A stretch of 64,000 nucleotides of DNA from IMG/VR virus record IMGVR_UViG_3300042539_000942; one strand, written 5' to 3'. The DNA is from an uncultured virus (IMG/VR IMGVR_UViG_3300042539_000942). Taxonomy: Duplodnaviria > Heunggongvirae > Uroviricota > Caudoviricetes. The notes under the pieces were generated by a model, which saw only the letters and a list, made by a program, of their open reading frames with translations, had not been told where the DNA came from and made no database searches. A program made the translations under genes and the position numbers. Shown here one piece after another: positions 36,751 to 46,142 of this stretch (position 1 is its first letter; each line of letters opens with the position of its first letter).

Positions 36751-37161
36751 ATGACCATTCAAATTGCTGTATTAAAATCTGGTGAAGATGTTATTGCAGA
36801 TGTAAAAGAAATTAGATCTAATGATGATAAGATTGTTTCTTATCTTTTTAAAGATCCACTTGTTCTTAAAACAAAATTTAACAATGAACCATTAGTTCTT
36901 TCTGAAGAACAAAAAGATGCTGGACTAATGAAGTCATTTAGTTCTAACATTCAGATTAATTTTTATCCTTGGATTCCCCTGTCTGCGGATAAAGACATTC
37001 TATGTCCTACTGATTGGGTAGTGACTATAGTAGAACCTATTTCTAATTTGAAAAAACTTTATTTGGAGAGGATTGATGCAGGAACAGGAGAAAGAGATAG
37101 ATCTAGAGGAGATGCAGTTGCCGTCTCCCCAGATCAAATGCCTATTGTTTTCAACGAATGA
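36751..37161 (+). CDS. Conserved hypothetical protein (Sm-like)
   Basis: LKSGEDVIAD..PWIPLS..DWVVTIVEP motifs. Confidence 0.72.
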   Translation: MTIQIAVLKSGEDVIADVKEIRSNDDKIVSYLFKDPLVLKTKFNNEPLVLSEEQKDAGLMKSFSSNIQINFYPWIPLSADKDILCPTDWVVTIVEPISNLKKLYLERIDAGTGERDRSRGDAVAVSPDQMPIVFNE

Positions 37162-37390
37162 ACTAATCATTACTGAAATCGAAGAAGTTGATTCTCAAAT
37201 TGGAGAACCAGATTGTAAACTTACTAATCCATGTGTTGTACATTACGGGGTTAAAATTTCCTCTGGTTTAACACCCTGGTTAGATGATGTAACTAATCAA
37301 AATGTTTTTATGGTTAGTTCTGATAAAATTCTTACTCTTTTTGATCCTAAACCTAGTCTATTGAAAGAGTATAAATTGTTGTTCCCCTGA
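37076..37390 (+). CDS. Conserved hypothetical protein
   Basis: IGEPDCKLTNP..SSDKILT motifs; GGAGAGG SD. Confidence 0.7.
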   Translation: MQEQEKEIDLEEMQLPSPQIKCLLFSTNELIITEIEEVDSQIGEPDCKLTNPCVVHYGVKISSGLTPWLDDVTNQNVFMVSSDKILTLFDPKPSLLKEYKLLFP

Positions 37391-37405
37391 ATTAATTACT
37401 TTATA

Positions 37406-39913
37406 ATGTCTCAAAGATTTTATACGAACATTCAACTTGTAGGAAATCAGTTTCTTGTTCGTGGGTATGAAAACGGAAAAAGTTTTATGACCAGAGAAGA
37501 GTGGAAACCCACTCTTTATGTTGCATCAAAAGGAAAAACAAAATTTAAATCTTTGAGTGGTAAATATCTTGAACCAGTTCAACCTGGATACGTCAGAGAT
37601 TGTAGAGAATTTTACAAAAATTATGGAGAAGTATCTGGATTTGAAATCTATGGAAATGAAAGATACATTTATCAATACATCTCTGACAAATATCCAGAAG
37701 AAAGAATTGATTTTGATTTAACCAAAATCAAAGTCGTTACGATTGACATTGAGGTTGCATCGGAGAATGGATTCCCTGATGTGGATAGTTGTAGTGAAGA
37801 AATTCTCACAATTAGTCTTCAAGATTATTCGACTAAAAAAATTATTACTTGGGGAATTCATCCTTTCAAAGTTCACCAAGATAATCTTAAGTATATTCAA
37901 TGTGATAGTGAGTATCAGTTGCTTGCAAATTTCATTGAGTACTGGATTCAGAATACACCAGAAATTGTAACTGGGTGGAATAACGTTTTGTATGACATTC
38001 CATACATTGTTGGACGTTTGGATCGCGTCCTGGGCGAGAAACTCATGAAACGTATGTCTCCTTGGGGTCTTGTAAAACTTCAAGAGATTTACATTAAAGG
38101 TAGGAAACAAATTAGTTATGACATCGGTGGGTTGACTCAATTAGATTATCTTGATCTTTATAAGAAGTTTACTTATAAAGCACAAGAATCTTATCGTCTT
38201 GATTACATTGCTGAAGTAGAACTTGGACAAAAGAAACTAGATCACTCCGAATTTGAAACCTTCAAGGATTTCTATACTCAGGACTGGCAAAAGTTTGTAG
38301 AATACAACGTTCGTGACGTAGAACTTGTAGATCAATTAGAAGATAAAATGAAACTAATTGAACTTGCTGTTACCATGGCATACGATGCAAAAGTTAATTT
38401 TGCCGATGTATTTTCGCAAGTTCGTATGTGGGATACGATTATCTATAATTATCTTAAGAAAAAGAACATTATCATTCCACCTAAGGGAACTTCTAGGAAA
38501 AATGAAAGGTATGCTGGTGCTTATGTGAAAGAACCTATTCCTGGAAAGTATGACTGGGTTGTGTCTTTTGACCTTAACTCACTGTATCCTCACCTGATTA
38601 TGCAGTACAACATTTCACCAGAGACACTTCTTGAAGAGAAACATCCTACATCAACTGTAGATAGGATTCTCAACCAAGAAATTAGTTTTGAATTGCATAA
38701 AGATAACGCAGTTTGTGCAAACGGTGCAATGTATCGAAAAGATTTTCGCGGATTTCTTCCAGAATTGATGGAAAAAATCTATGATGAAAGAACCATCTTT
38801 AAAAAGAAGATGCTTATTGCAAAGCAAAAGTATGAGAAGAATCCAACTAAAGAATTGGAAAAAGAAATTGCTCGCTGCAATAACATTCAGATGGCGCGTA
38901 AGATTCAACTTAACTCTGCCTATGGTGCTATTGGTAATGAATATTTTAGATATTATAAACTAGAAAATGCTGAAGCAATTACTCTTTCTGGACAAGTTTC
39001 TATCCGTTGGATTGAGAACAAGATGAATGCTTATCTAAATAAGATTCTTAAAACAAAAACAGTTGATTATGTTATTGCTTCTGATACTGATTCCATTTAT
39101 CTTAACATGGGTCCTTTGGTTGAGACTGTATACAAGGGAAGAGAGAAAACTACTGAAAGCATTGTCACGTTCCTTGATAAGGTCTGTCAGGTGGAACTTG
39201 AAAACTATATTGAAGGTTGCTACCAAGAACTGGCGGACTATGTGAATGCCTATGACCAGAAGATGCAGATGAAGCGTGAGAACATTGCTGAGCGTGGAAT
39301 CTGGACTGCTAAAAAGCGTTACATCCTGAACGTCTGGGATAGTGAAGGTGTTCGTTATGAAGAACCTAAACTGAAGATGATGGGCATTGAGGCAGTTAAG
39401 TCTTCCACTCCTGCTCCTTGTCGTCAGATGATTAAGGATGGTCTGAAACTGATGATGAGTGGGACAGAAGATGAAATGATTTCATTCATTGATGATCAGA
39501 AGAAAAAGTTCAAATCTCTTCCTCCAGAAAGTATTTCATTTCCTAGATCTGTAAATGATGTTGTAAAGTACAAGTCAAATGCAGTTGGGCAAATTTATGC
39601 TAAGGGTTGCCCCATTCAAGTTCGCGGTGCTCTTCTTTTTAATCATTATCTTAAACAAAATAATCTATCACATAAGTATTCTCCAATTCAAAATGGCGAA
39701 AAAATTAAATTTTGTTATCTCAAAAAACCAAATCCCATGCATGAAAATGTGATTTCATTTATTTCAGAATTTCCTAGAGAATTTAATCTTGAACCTTATG
39801 TTGATTATGAACTTCAATTTGAGAAAGCATTTCTTGAACCATTGAAAACTATACTTGAGGCAATTGGATGGAGCATTGAAAAAACTGCCACTCTTGAGAG
39901 TTTTTTCTCTTGA
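37406..39913 (+). CDS. gp43: Family B DNA polymerase gp43
   Basis: Exonuclease DIEV, SFDLNSLYP, KIQLNSAYG and SDTDS motifs. Confidence 0.97.
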   Translation: MSQRFYTNIQLVGNQFLVRGYENGKSFMTREEWKPTLYVASKGKTKFKSLSGKYLEPVQPGYVRDCREFYKNYGEVSGFEIYGNERYIYQYISDKYPEERIDFDLTKIKVVTIDIEVASENGFPDVDSCSEEILTISLQDYSTKKIITWGIHPFKVHQDNLKYIQCDSEYQLLANFIEYWIQNTPEIVTGWNNVLYDIPYIVGRLDRVLGEKLMKRMSPWGLVKLQEIYIKGRKQISYDIGGLTQLDYLDLYKKFTYKAQESYRLDYIAEVELGQKKLDHSEFETFKDFYTQDWQKFVEYNVRDVELVDQLEDKMKLIELAVTMAYDAKVNFADVFSQVRMWDTIIYNYLKKKNIIIPPKGTSRKNERYAGAYVKEPIPGKYDWVVSFDLNSLYPHLIMQYNISPETLLEEKHPTSTVDRILNQEISFELHKDNAVCANGAMYRKDFRGFLPELMEKIYDERTIFKKKMLIAKQKYEKNPTKELEKEIARCNNIQMARKIQLNSAYGAIGNEYFRYYKLENAEAITLSGQVSIRWIENKMNAYLNKILKTKTVDYVIASDTDSIYLNMGPLVETVYKGREKTTESIVTFLDKVCQVELENYIEGCYQELADYVNAYDQKMQMKRENIAERGIWTAKKRYILNVWDSEGVRYEEPKLKMMGIEAVKSSTPAPCRQMIKDGLKLMMSGTEDEMISFIDDQKKKFKSLPPESISFPRSVNDVVKYKSNAVGQIYAKGCPIQVRGALLFNHYLKQNNLSHKYSPIQNGEKIKFCYLKKPNPMHENVISFISEFPREFNLEPYVDYELQFEKAFLEPLKTILEAIGWSIEKTATLESFFS

Positions 39914-39938
39914 CTGACATCGTATAAACTGCTAGAAT
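39910..39938 (+). promoter_or_regulatory. sigma70-like promoter upstream of uvsX
   Basis: TTGACT-17-TAGAAT. Confidence 0.6.
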
Positions 39939-39959
39939 CATTACAACTTGGAATGTATT

Positions 39960-40961
39960 ATGGATTTTCTCAAAGACATTATTAAAGAAGTGGGTGGCGA
40001 ATACGCTTCAATTGCATCTGACATTGATGAAACGGAGACTTATGTTGACACGGGTTCATACATTTTTAATGCACTGGTTTCAGGTAGTGTATTTGGTGGT
40101 GTATCTGGCAATAAGATTACTGCTATTGCTGGAGAGTCTAGTACTGGAAAGACTTTTTTCTCTCTCGCCGTGGTTAAGAACTTTCTTGATACTCATCCCG
40201 ATGGTTACTGTCTCTACTTTGACACTGAGGCTGCTATCACTAAATCTCTATTAGAATCTCGTGGAATTGATACTACTCGTTTGGTGGTTGTTAATGTTGT
40301 TACTGTTGAAGAGTTTCGCGGAAAGGCACTCAAAGCAGTAGATCTGTACATGAAAAAACCAGAAGGGGAACGCAATCCCTGTATGTTTGTGTTAGATTCT
40401 CTGGGAATGCTTTCTACAAGTAAAGAGATTAATGATGCTCTGAACGATAAAGAAGTTCGTGACATGACTAAATCTCAACTTATCAAAGGTGCATTCCGTA
40501 TGCTTACTTTGAAACTTGGTCAAGCAAACATTCCAATGATTGTAACCAATCATACCTATGACGTTATCGGTGCTTATGTTCCTACAAAGGAGATGGGTGG
40601 TGGTAGTGGTCTTAAGTACGCCGCTTCTACTATCATTTATCTCTCAAAGAAAAAGGAAAAGGATGGAACAGAAGTCGTTGGAAACATTATCAAGGCAAAG
40701 ACTGCTAAGTCGCGTTTGAGTAAGGAGAACAAAGATGTTGAAGTCCGTTTGTATTATGATGAGCGCGGTCTTGATCGTTACTACGGTCTTCTGGAACTTG
40801 GTGAGATTGGTGGACTCTGGAAGAATGTAGCAGGACGCTATGAGATGGACGGTAAGAAAATTTATGCTAAACAGATTTTAGCAAATCCAGAAGAATACTT
40901 TACTCCAGAAGTAATGCAAGCACTTGATGAAATTGCTCAAAAGGAATTTTCTTATGGCTGA
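39960..40961 (+). CDS. uvsX: RecA-like recombinase UvsX
   Basis: [13 protein letters not shown] and MGGGSGLKY motifs. Confidence 0.95.
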   Translation: MDFLKDIIKEVGGEYASIASDIDETETYVDTGSYIFNALVSGSVFGGVSGNKITAIAGESSTGKTFFSLAVVKNFLDTHPDGYCLYFDTEAAITKSLLESRGIDTTRLVVVNVVTVEEFRGKALKAVDLYMKKPEGERNPCMFVLDSLGMLSTSKEINDALNDKEVRDMTKSQLIKGAFRMLTLKLGQANIPMIVTNHTYDVIGAYVPTKEMGGGSGLKYAASTIIYLSKKKEKDGTEVVGNIIKAKTAKSRLSKENKDVEVRLYYDERGLDRYYGLLELGEIGGLWKNVAGRYEMDGKKIYAKQILANPEEYFTPEVMQALDEIAQKEFSYG

Positions 40962-41511
40962 TTTAGTAGATTTAATTCATGTTCATGATAATGTTTTAGA
41001 TAGTCAAACATGTCAAGTTCTGATTGATTTTTATGAATCAAATGAAAATCTTCAGGAAAGAATTGATAATGATGGAGTTCCTAATTTCAATCAGATTAAT
41101 CTAACAGAACATCATAATCAAGATGACAGCATAAAGAACATTCATAACTTTTTGATCTCAAAAGTTTTTGAGTACAAAAAAAAGTATTATGATTTTATTG
41201 ATTCTAGATGTTTTCCTGAACAACACGCATTTGAACAATTTCGCATAAAGAAGTATAATCCTGGTGGAGAAGATCGTTTTGATACTCATGTTGATGTTAA
41301 GGATTATGCAAGTGCAAGAAGGTTTTTATCATTCCTCTGGTATCTTAATGATGTAGATGAGGGTGGAGAAACTATTTTTGTTGATAAGATTATTAAACCA
41401 AAGACTGGAACAATGTTAGTATTTCCTCCATTGTGGATGTATCCACACAGAGGAGCACCACCAATAAGTGGATCAAAATACATTATGAGCACATATTTGC
41501 ATTATAAGTAA
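40954..41511 (+). CDS. 2OG-Fe(II) oxygenase (prolyl-hydroxylase-like)
   Basis: HVD, YLND..GGET.F and HRG..KY motifs. Confidence 0.88.
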   Translation: MADLVDLIHVHDNVLDSQTCQVLIDFYESNENLQERIDNDGVPNFNQINLTEHHNQDDSIKNIHNFLISKVFEYKKKYYDFIDSRCFPEQHAFEQFRIKKYNPGGEDRFDTHVDVKDYASARRFLSFLWYLNDVDEGGETIFVDKIIKPKTGTMLVFPPLWMYPHRGAPPISGSKYIMSTYLHYK

Positions 41512-42887
41512 TGGATCGTATTGAGACAACAATTCTTCAAAATTTAATTTTTAATGAACAATTTTTAAGAAAGGTATTACCTTTTATTCAATTGGACTAT
41601 TTCACCAATCGTGAAGAAAAGGTAATCTTTGAAGAGATTGCTAAATTTACTGTTAAGTATAACAATACGATTCCAAAAGAAGCACTTCTAATTGAACTAC
41701 AGAATAGAACAGATCAAACGCAACAAGAAATGGATAAAATCATTTCACTTGTTAATGATCTGCAAAATTCTGCTACTGAGTTTAATTGGTTGGTAGATAC
41801 CACAGAAAAGTGGTGTCGTGATCGTGCAATTTATTTGGCGTTGATGGAATCTATTCAGGTTGCTGATGGTCAAAATGAACAGAAAAGTAGAGATGCAATT
41901 CCATCAATTCTTTCTAAAGCATTATCAGTTTCTTTTGACAATCACATTGGACATGATTATCTACAGGATTATGAAGAAAGATTTGAATCTTACCATAGAA
42001 AGGAGGACAAAATTGCATTTGATCTTGAGTACTTTAACAAAATTACCAAAGGTGGTCTCCCTAACAAAACTCTTAACATCGCACTTGCTGGTACGGGTGT
42101 CGGGAAGTCTTTATTCATGTGCCATGTTGCTAGCTCCGTCTTGCTCCAGGGACGGAACGTATTGTACATTACGCTTGAAATGGCAGAAGAAAAAATTGCT
42201 GAACGAATTGATGCAAATCTCTTGAATGTAAACATCCAGGAGATTGCTGACCTTCCTCATAAAATCTTTGAAAGTAAAGTTTCAAATCTTGCTAAAAAGA
42301 CGCAAGGTACTCTTATAATTAAAGAGTATCCAACTGCTTCTGCTCATAGTGGACACTTTAAAGCACTTCTTAATGAACTCGCACTTAAGAAGTCATTTAG
42401 ACCTGACATTATTTTTATTGATTACCTTAACATTTGTGCTTCCAGTAGGCATAAAGCAAATAGCTCTATCAACTCTTATTCATACATTAAGTCAATTGCA
42501 GAAGAATTACGTGGATTGGCAGTGGAATTCAATGTTCCCATTGTCTCTGCTACCCAGACCACTAGGAGTGGTTATGGGAACTCTGATGTTGAACTTACTG
42601 ATACTAGTGAATCCTTTGGTCTCCCTGCTACTGCTGATCTTATGTTTGCCCTTATTAGTACAGAAGAGTTGGAACAGTTGGGGCAGATTATGGTGAAGCA
42701 ATTAAAGAATCGTTACAATGATCCCACAATCTATAAGAGATTTGTAATTGGTATTGATCGTGCTAAAATGAAACTGTATGATTGTGAGCAGTCAGCACAA
42801 AATGACATTCTTGACAGTGGGCAAGAAGAGGAGTATGATTACGAAGAAAGAAAACCAAAAAAATCATTTGAGGGATTTAAATTCTAA
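41511..42887 (+). CDS. gp41: Replicative helicase gp41
   Basis: AGTGVGKS, IDYLN, SATQ and KNRY motifs. Confidence 0.96.
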   Translation: MDRIETTILQNLIFNEQFLRKVLPFIQLDYFTNREEKVIFEEIAKFTVKYNNTIPKEALLIELQNRTDQTQQEMDKIISLVNDLQNSATEFNWLVDTTEKWCRDRAIYLALMESIQVADGQNEQKSRDAIPSILSKALSVSFDNHIGHDYLQDYEERFESYHRKEDKIAFDLEYFNKITKGGLPNKTLNIALAGTGVGKSLFMCHVASSVLLQGRNVLYITLEMAEEKIAERIDANLLNVNIQEIADLPHKIFESKVSNLAKKTQGTLIIKEYPTASAHSGHFKALLNELALKKSFRPDIIFIDYLNICASSRHKANSSINSYSYIKSIAEELRGLAVEFNVPIVSATQTTRSGYGNSDVELTDTSESFGLPATADLMFALISTEELEQLGQIMVKQLKNRYNDPTIYKRFVIGIDRAKMKLYDCEQSAQNDILDSGQEEEYDYEERKPKKSFEGFKF

Positions 42888-43291
42888 TGTCGATTGATCT
42901 TAAAAAATATGTCGAATTTGTTGATACAACCACATCAAATCCAAGCAAACAACATAGTGAATTTATCAAGCGTCTTCAAGATCTTGAAACGCAAGGATTT
43001 CCTACCGAGCGATTGCTTACTGCTGCTGTAGGAATGTCTGCAGAGGCAGGTGAGTTTACTGAAGTGATTAAGAAAATGATCTTTCAAGGCAAACCAGTAA
43101 ATGAAGAAAATCTGTTTCACTTGAAACGTGAACTTGGAGACATTATGTGGTATGTTTCACAAGCATGTCTTGGGTTAAACATTTCTTTAGAAGAAGTAAT
43201 TCAAATGAATTTTGAAAAACTGAGTGCTCGTTATCCTGAAGGTGCATTTAGTATTGAGCGTTCCGAAAATCGTGTTAAAGGAGATGTATGA
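42887..43291 (+). CDS. mazG: MazG-like NTP pyrophosphohydrolase
   Basis: EAGEF.E..KK, ELGDIMWY and N..KL..RY motifs. Confidence 0.9.
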   Translation: MSIDLKKYVEFVDTTTSNPSKQHSEFIKRLQDLETQGFPTERLLTAAVGMSAEAGEFTEVIKKMIFQGKPVNEENLFHLKRELGDIMWYVSQACLGLNISLEEVIQMNFEKLSARYPEGAFSIERSENRVKGDV

Positions 43292-43473
43292 GTAAAGAAA
43301 AGCAAGTAACAGTTAAGATGGACACTTATACTGCTGCCGCAGTTCGTCAGGTTCTTTTTGACTCTCAAAAATCATACACTTATGATGAGGTAAGTGTTCC
43401 TCCGAGGATTGTGAGTATTAGATCGGTGATTGTGGATTTGGATAAAAAAATTGAAGAAAACCTAGTAGAATAA
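43288..43473 (+). CDS. Small hypothetical protein
   Basis: 61 aa ORF translationally coupled to mazG. Confidence 0.6.
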   Translation: MSKEKQVTVKMDTYTAAAVRQVLFDSQKSYTYDEVSVPPRIVSIRSVIVDLDKKIEENLVE

Positions 43474-43478
43474 ATTAG

Positions 43479-43508
43479 ACCCTTCCATAAATAAATGGAA
43501 GGGTTTTT
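43479..43508 (+). terminator. Hairpin/terminator with late promoter in its loop
   Basis: ACCCTTCCAT-AAATAA-ATGGAAGGGT-TTTT; ATAAATA at 43487-43493. Confidence 0.7.
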
Positions 43509-43515
43509 ACTTAAA

Positions 43516-44856
43516 ATGGCAGTTACTGATTCTGAAATTTTATTGGCAATTAACAGAATTTTATCCCCATATAAAACAAAGGTTGTTGCAGCAGGACCTA
43601 AAGTAGATAAAATAAGAATAATTTCAGCACAAAGAAGTGATGACCAGTCAAATATATCTAATCAGTTAAAAGCACAAAATATAAAGTATGTTAATGAGAT
43701 TGATAAAAGCGAATCATCATTTCCAGTAACAAAAATTACATTACCAAAATCAAATTCTGTAATTAAATTAATTTATAAAAAATCCTCTGGTGGTGGGTCT
43801 GGTGCAGGAGCGGCACTTACTCAATTATCAGAATCTGCACAAGCACTTTATGCTGCAGTGGTTTTTAATGTTTTGAATAGACCAATGCAGATTACTGACG
43901 TAACTAAGGAAAATTTTTTAAAAGCATCTTCAACAGCGTTTATTACAGCATCAGTTCCTAGTATACTCAATGATCTGCCAGATGATTGGATAAATTCTTC
44001 TATTGCTGGTGCTAATGCTCTTTATAGAAAGTTTGGATCTAAAGGAAAATTTACTTTTCATAGAGGATCATCTGCAGTTGGTTTGATAGAGTCTACATTC
44101 AATAACATTAATAAAACTGAAAAAGCATTTGGTAATTTAAATAAATGGAGTCCTGCTGATATCTACATGATTTCAACCAATGCTAATGTCAACATGATTA
44201 GCAATGAAAAATCTTTAAAATCATTAAATGTCACAATGATGGAATTGATTAAGAAAAATGAAGTAGTTGGGGTTTCATTAAAAAAAATAACTGGTGGTGG
44301 TTCAATATCTCAAAAAAATTTTTCATCAGATACCAAATCTACAGATGCAAAATATAGAGGAGTAACAACAAATTTAGATGCCATGGATGGATACATCCAA
44401 TGGGGCAAATCCACTTCTGAAAAAATTCAATTTAGAAGTTTTGGTGGAGATACATCATTGACTGGTTGGCAGGGTGAAATTAAAGGGGCATCTGCAAACC
44501 AAGGTAAAATTTCTCTTGGACCAATAAATTTTATTTTGAAGAGGCATGGTCTAACACAAATTCCTACCTCAGCACAATCTGCATCTCTTGCTACATCAAA
44601 CAAAATTGAGCACTGTAGAGACATTGCAAAAATGATGGCAAGTAGTGGTATTATTTCTCCTTCTCAAATTGAAGAAACTGCTAGTTCTATTCAGGGAAAA
44701 ACTAATAAGTATAGATATTCAAAATATCTTGTTATGAAATTATTTGAAACAATTTCTTCTGCACCCTCTAATGTAAGAGATGATGTTGTTCAAGATTTTT
44801 ATCTTTACGCAAGTTCGCAAGCAGCATATGCTGCTCCATACTATAAACTAGAGTAG
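43516..44856 (+). CDS. Hypothetical protein, possible PD-(D/E)XK-like nuclease
   Basis: E..Q, NKWSPADIY and GVSLKK motif spacing resembles a PD-(D/E)XK core. Confidence 0.55.
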   Translation: MAVTDSEILLAINRILSPYKTKVVAAGPKVDKIRIISAQRSDDQSNISNQLKAQNIKYVNEIDKSESSFPVTKITLPKSNSVIKLIYKKSSGGGSGAGAALTQLSESAQALYAAVVFNVLNRPMQITDVTKENFLKASSTAFITASVPSILNDLPDDWINSSIAGANALYRKFGSKGKFTFHRGSSAVGLIESTFNNINKTEKAFGNLNKWSPADIYMISTNANVNMISNEKSLKSLNVTMMELIKKNEVVGVSLKKITGGGSISQKNFSSDTKSTDAKYRGVTTNLDAMDGYIQWGKSTSEKIQFRSFGGDTSLTGWQGEIKGASANQGKISLGPINFILKRHGLTQIPTSAQSASLATSNKIEHCRDIAKMMASSGIISPSQIEETASSIQGKTNKYRYSKYLVMKLFETISSAPSNVRDDVVQDFYLYASSQAAYAAPYYKLE

Positions 44857-44906
44857 TAAAACAATAAATACATAAAAGACTAAGGGTTTGGTGTAATAAA
44901 AATACA

Positions 44907-46142
44907 ATGAAAAGTTTTTTACAGTTCTTATCGGAAGTAACAACTGACGCATCTAAGCAAGCCCATGAGATGGGATTGAAAGGAGATGGTCATGGTGGAT
45001 GGGTTGATGATAAAGGAACTTATGTTGCAAAAACTGTAAAGGGAAAGTTATACTTTTTTGGTAAGGGTAAAGGTAAGGAAGCACCACAAAAAGCAGCACC
45101 AGCAGCAAAAGCAACTGCATCTGCCCCTGCATCCCAACTCCCACAAATGCCTGCTGCACAGCAGGTAAGTATGCCACAGGCACCAATGCCAGCATCACAG
45201 GATCAGGGGGCAGAACAGGAAGCAGTTCCACTGACAATAGTGTTTGGTAGATTTAATCCTCCTACGATTGGTCATAAAAAACTTTTAGACAGAGCAAAGG
45301 GAATGTCAAAGGGAAGTGATCTTTTAATCTTCCCATCAAGATCTCATGATCCAAAGAAAAATCCTTTGTCTCCTGCAGTTAAAATTGATTTCATGCGTCA
45401 AATGTTTCCGAAGTATGCGGATAACATTGTTGATGATGCAAATGCAAAAACAATTTTTGATGTCTTGGTAGATGCACAGGAACAAGGTTATACTGACATT
45501 ACGATTGTTGTAGGTGCTGATAGATTAAAGGAATTTGAAAATCTTGCATTGAAATATAATGGACAACTGTATAACTTCAATTCAATTCAGGTTCTTTCTG
45601 CTGGGGAACGAGATGCTGAATCGGAAGGTGTGGAAGGAATGTCTGCATCAAAACTCCGTAAATCAGCAGCAGAGGGAGATTTTGAATCATTCGTGAGAGG
45701 TGTTCCAAAAGAACTTGATGATAAGTCGGTAGATAAACTTTACAACATTCTTCGCAAATCAATGAACATTAAGGAGGGAGTTTCTCTTTGGGAGATTTCG
45801 CCAAAACTTGATTATTCTGGATTGAGAGAAAACTACATTAACGGATGTGTATTTGAAGTTGGAGATGTGGTTCAAAATGACAATACTGGACTTTCTGGAG
45901 AAATTATTCGTGCTGGTGCAAATCATGTAATTGCTATCACTGAAGATGGCATTATGTTTAAGTCGTGGATTAAAGACATTAGTGAGGTCTTTACGAATGT
46001 TTCTGGTGTTCCTGCAGATCAAAGATTAGTTGGTACTGATTCCTATAGGGAGTATGTGAGAAGACTTACTCCACCAAAAGAAGCGATTCTTAATTTCATA
46101 AATAAATCTAGGAAGTCTCGTTCAACTGGCAATGTACGATAG
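44907..46142 (+). CDS. Cytidylyltransferase-like (HIGH-family nucleotidyltransferase) with capsid-targeting-like leader
   Basis: FGRFNPPTIGH, VVGADR and MSASKLR motifs; N-terminus MKSFLQFLSE; ATAAATA at 44864-44870. Confidence 0.85.
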   Translation: MKSFLQFLSEVTTDASKQAHEMGLKGDGHGGWVDDKGTYVAKTVKGKLYFFGKGKGKEAPQKAAPAAKATASAPASQLPQMPAAQQVSMPQAPMPASQDQGAEQEAVPLTIVFGRFNPPTIGHKKLLDRAKGMSKGSDLLIFPSRSHDPKKNPLSPAVKIDFMRQMFPKYADNIVDDANAKTIFDVLVDAQEQGYTDITIVVGADRLKEFENLALKYNGQLYNFNSIQVLSAGERDAESEGVEGMSASKLRKSAAEGDFESFVRGVPKELDDKSVDKLYNILRKSMNIKEGVSLWEISPKLDYSGLRENYINGCVFEVGDVVQNDNTGLSGEIIRAGANHVIAITEDGIMFKSWIKDISEVFTNVSGVPADQRLVGTDSYREYVRRLTPPKEAILNFINKSRKSRSTGNVR

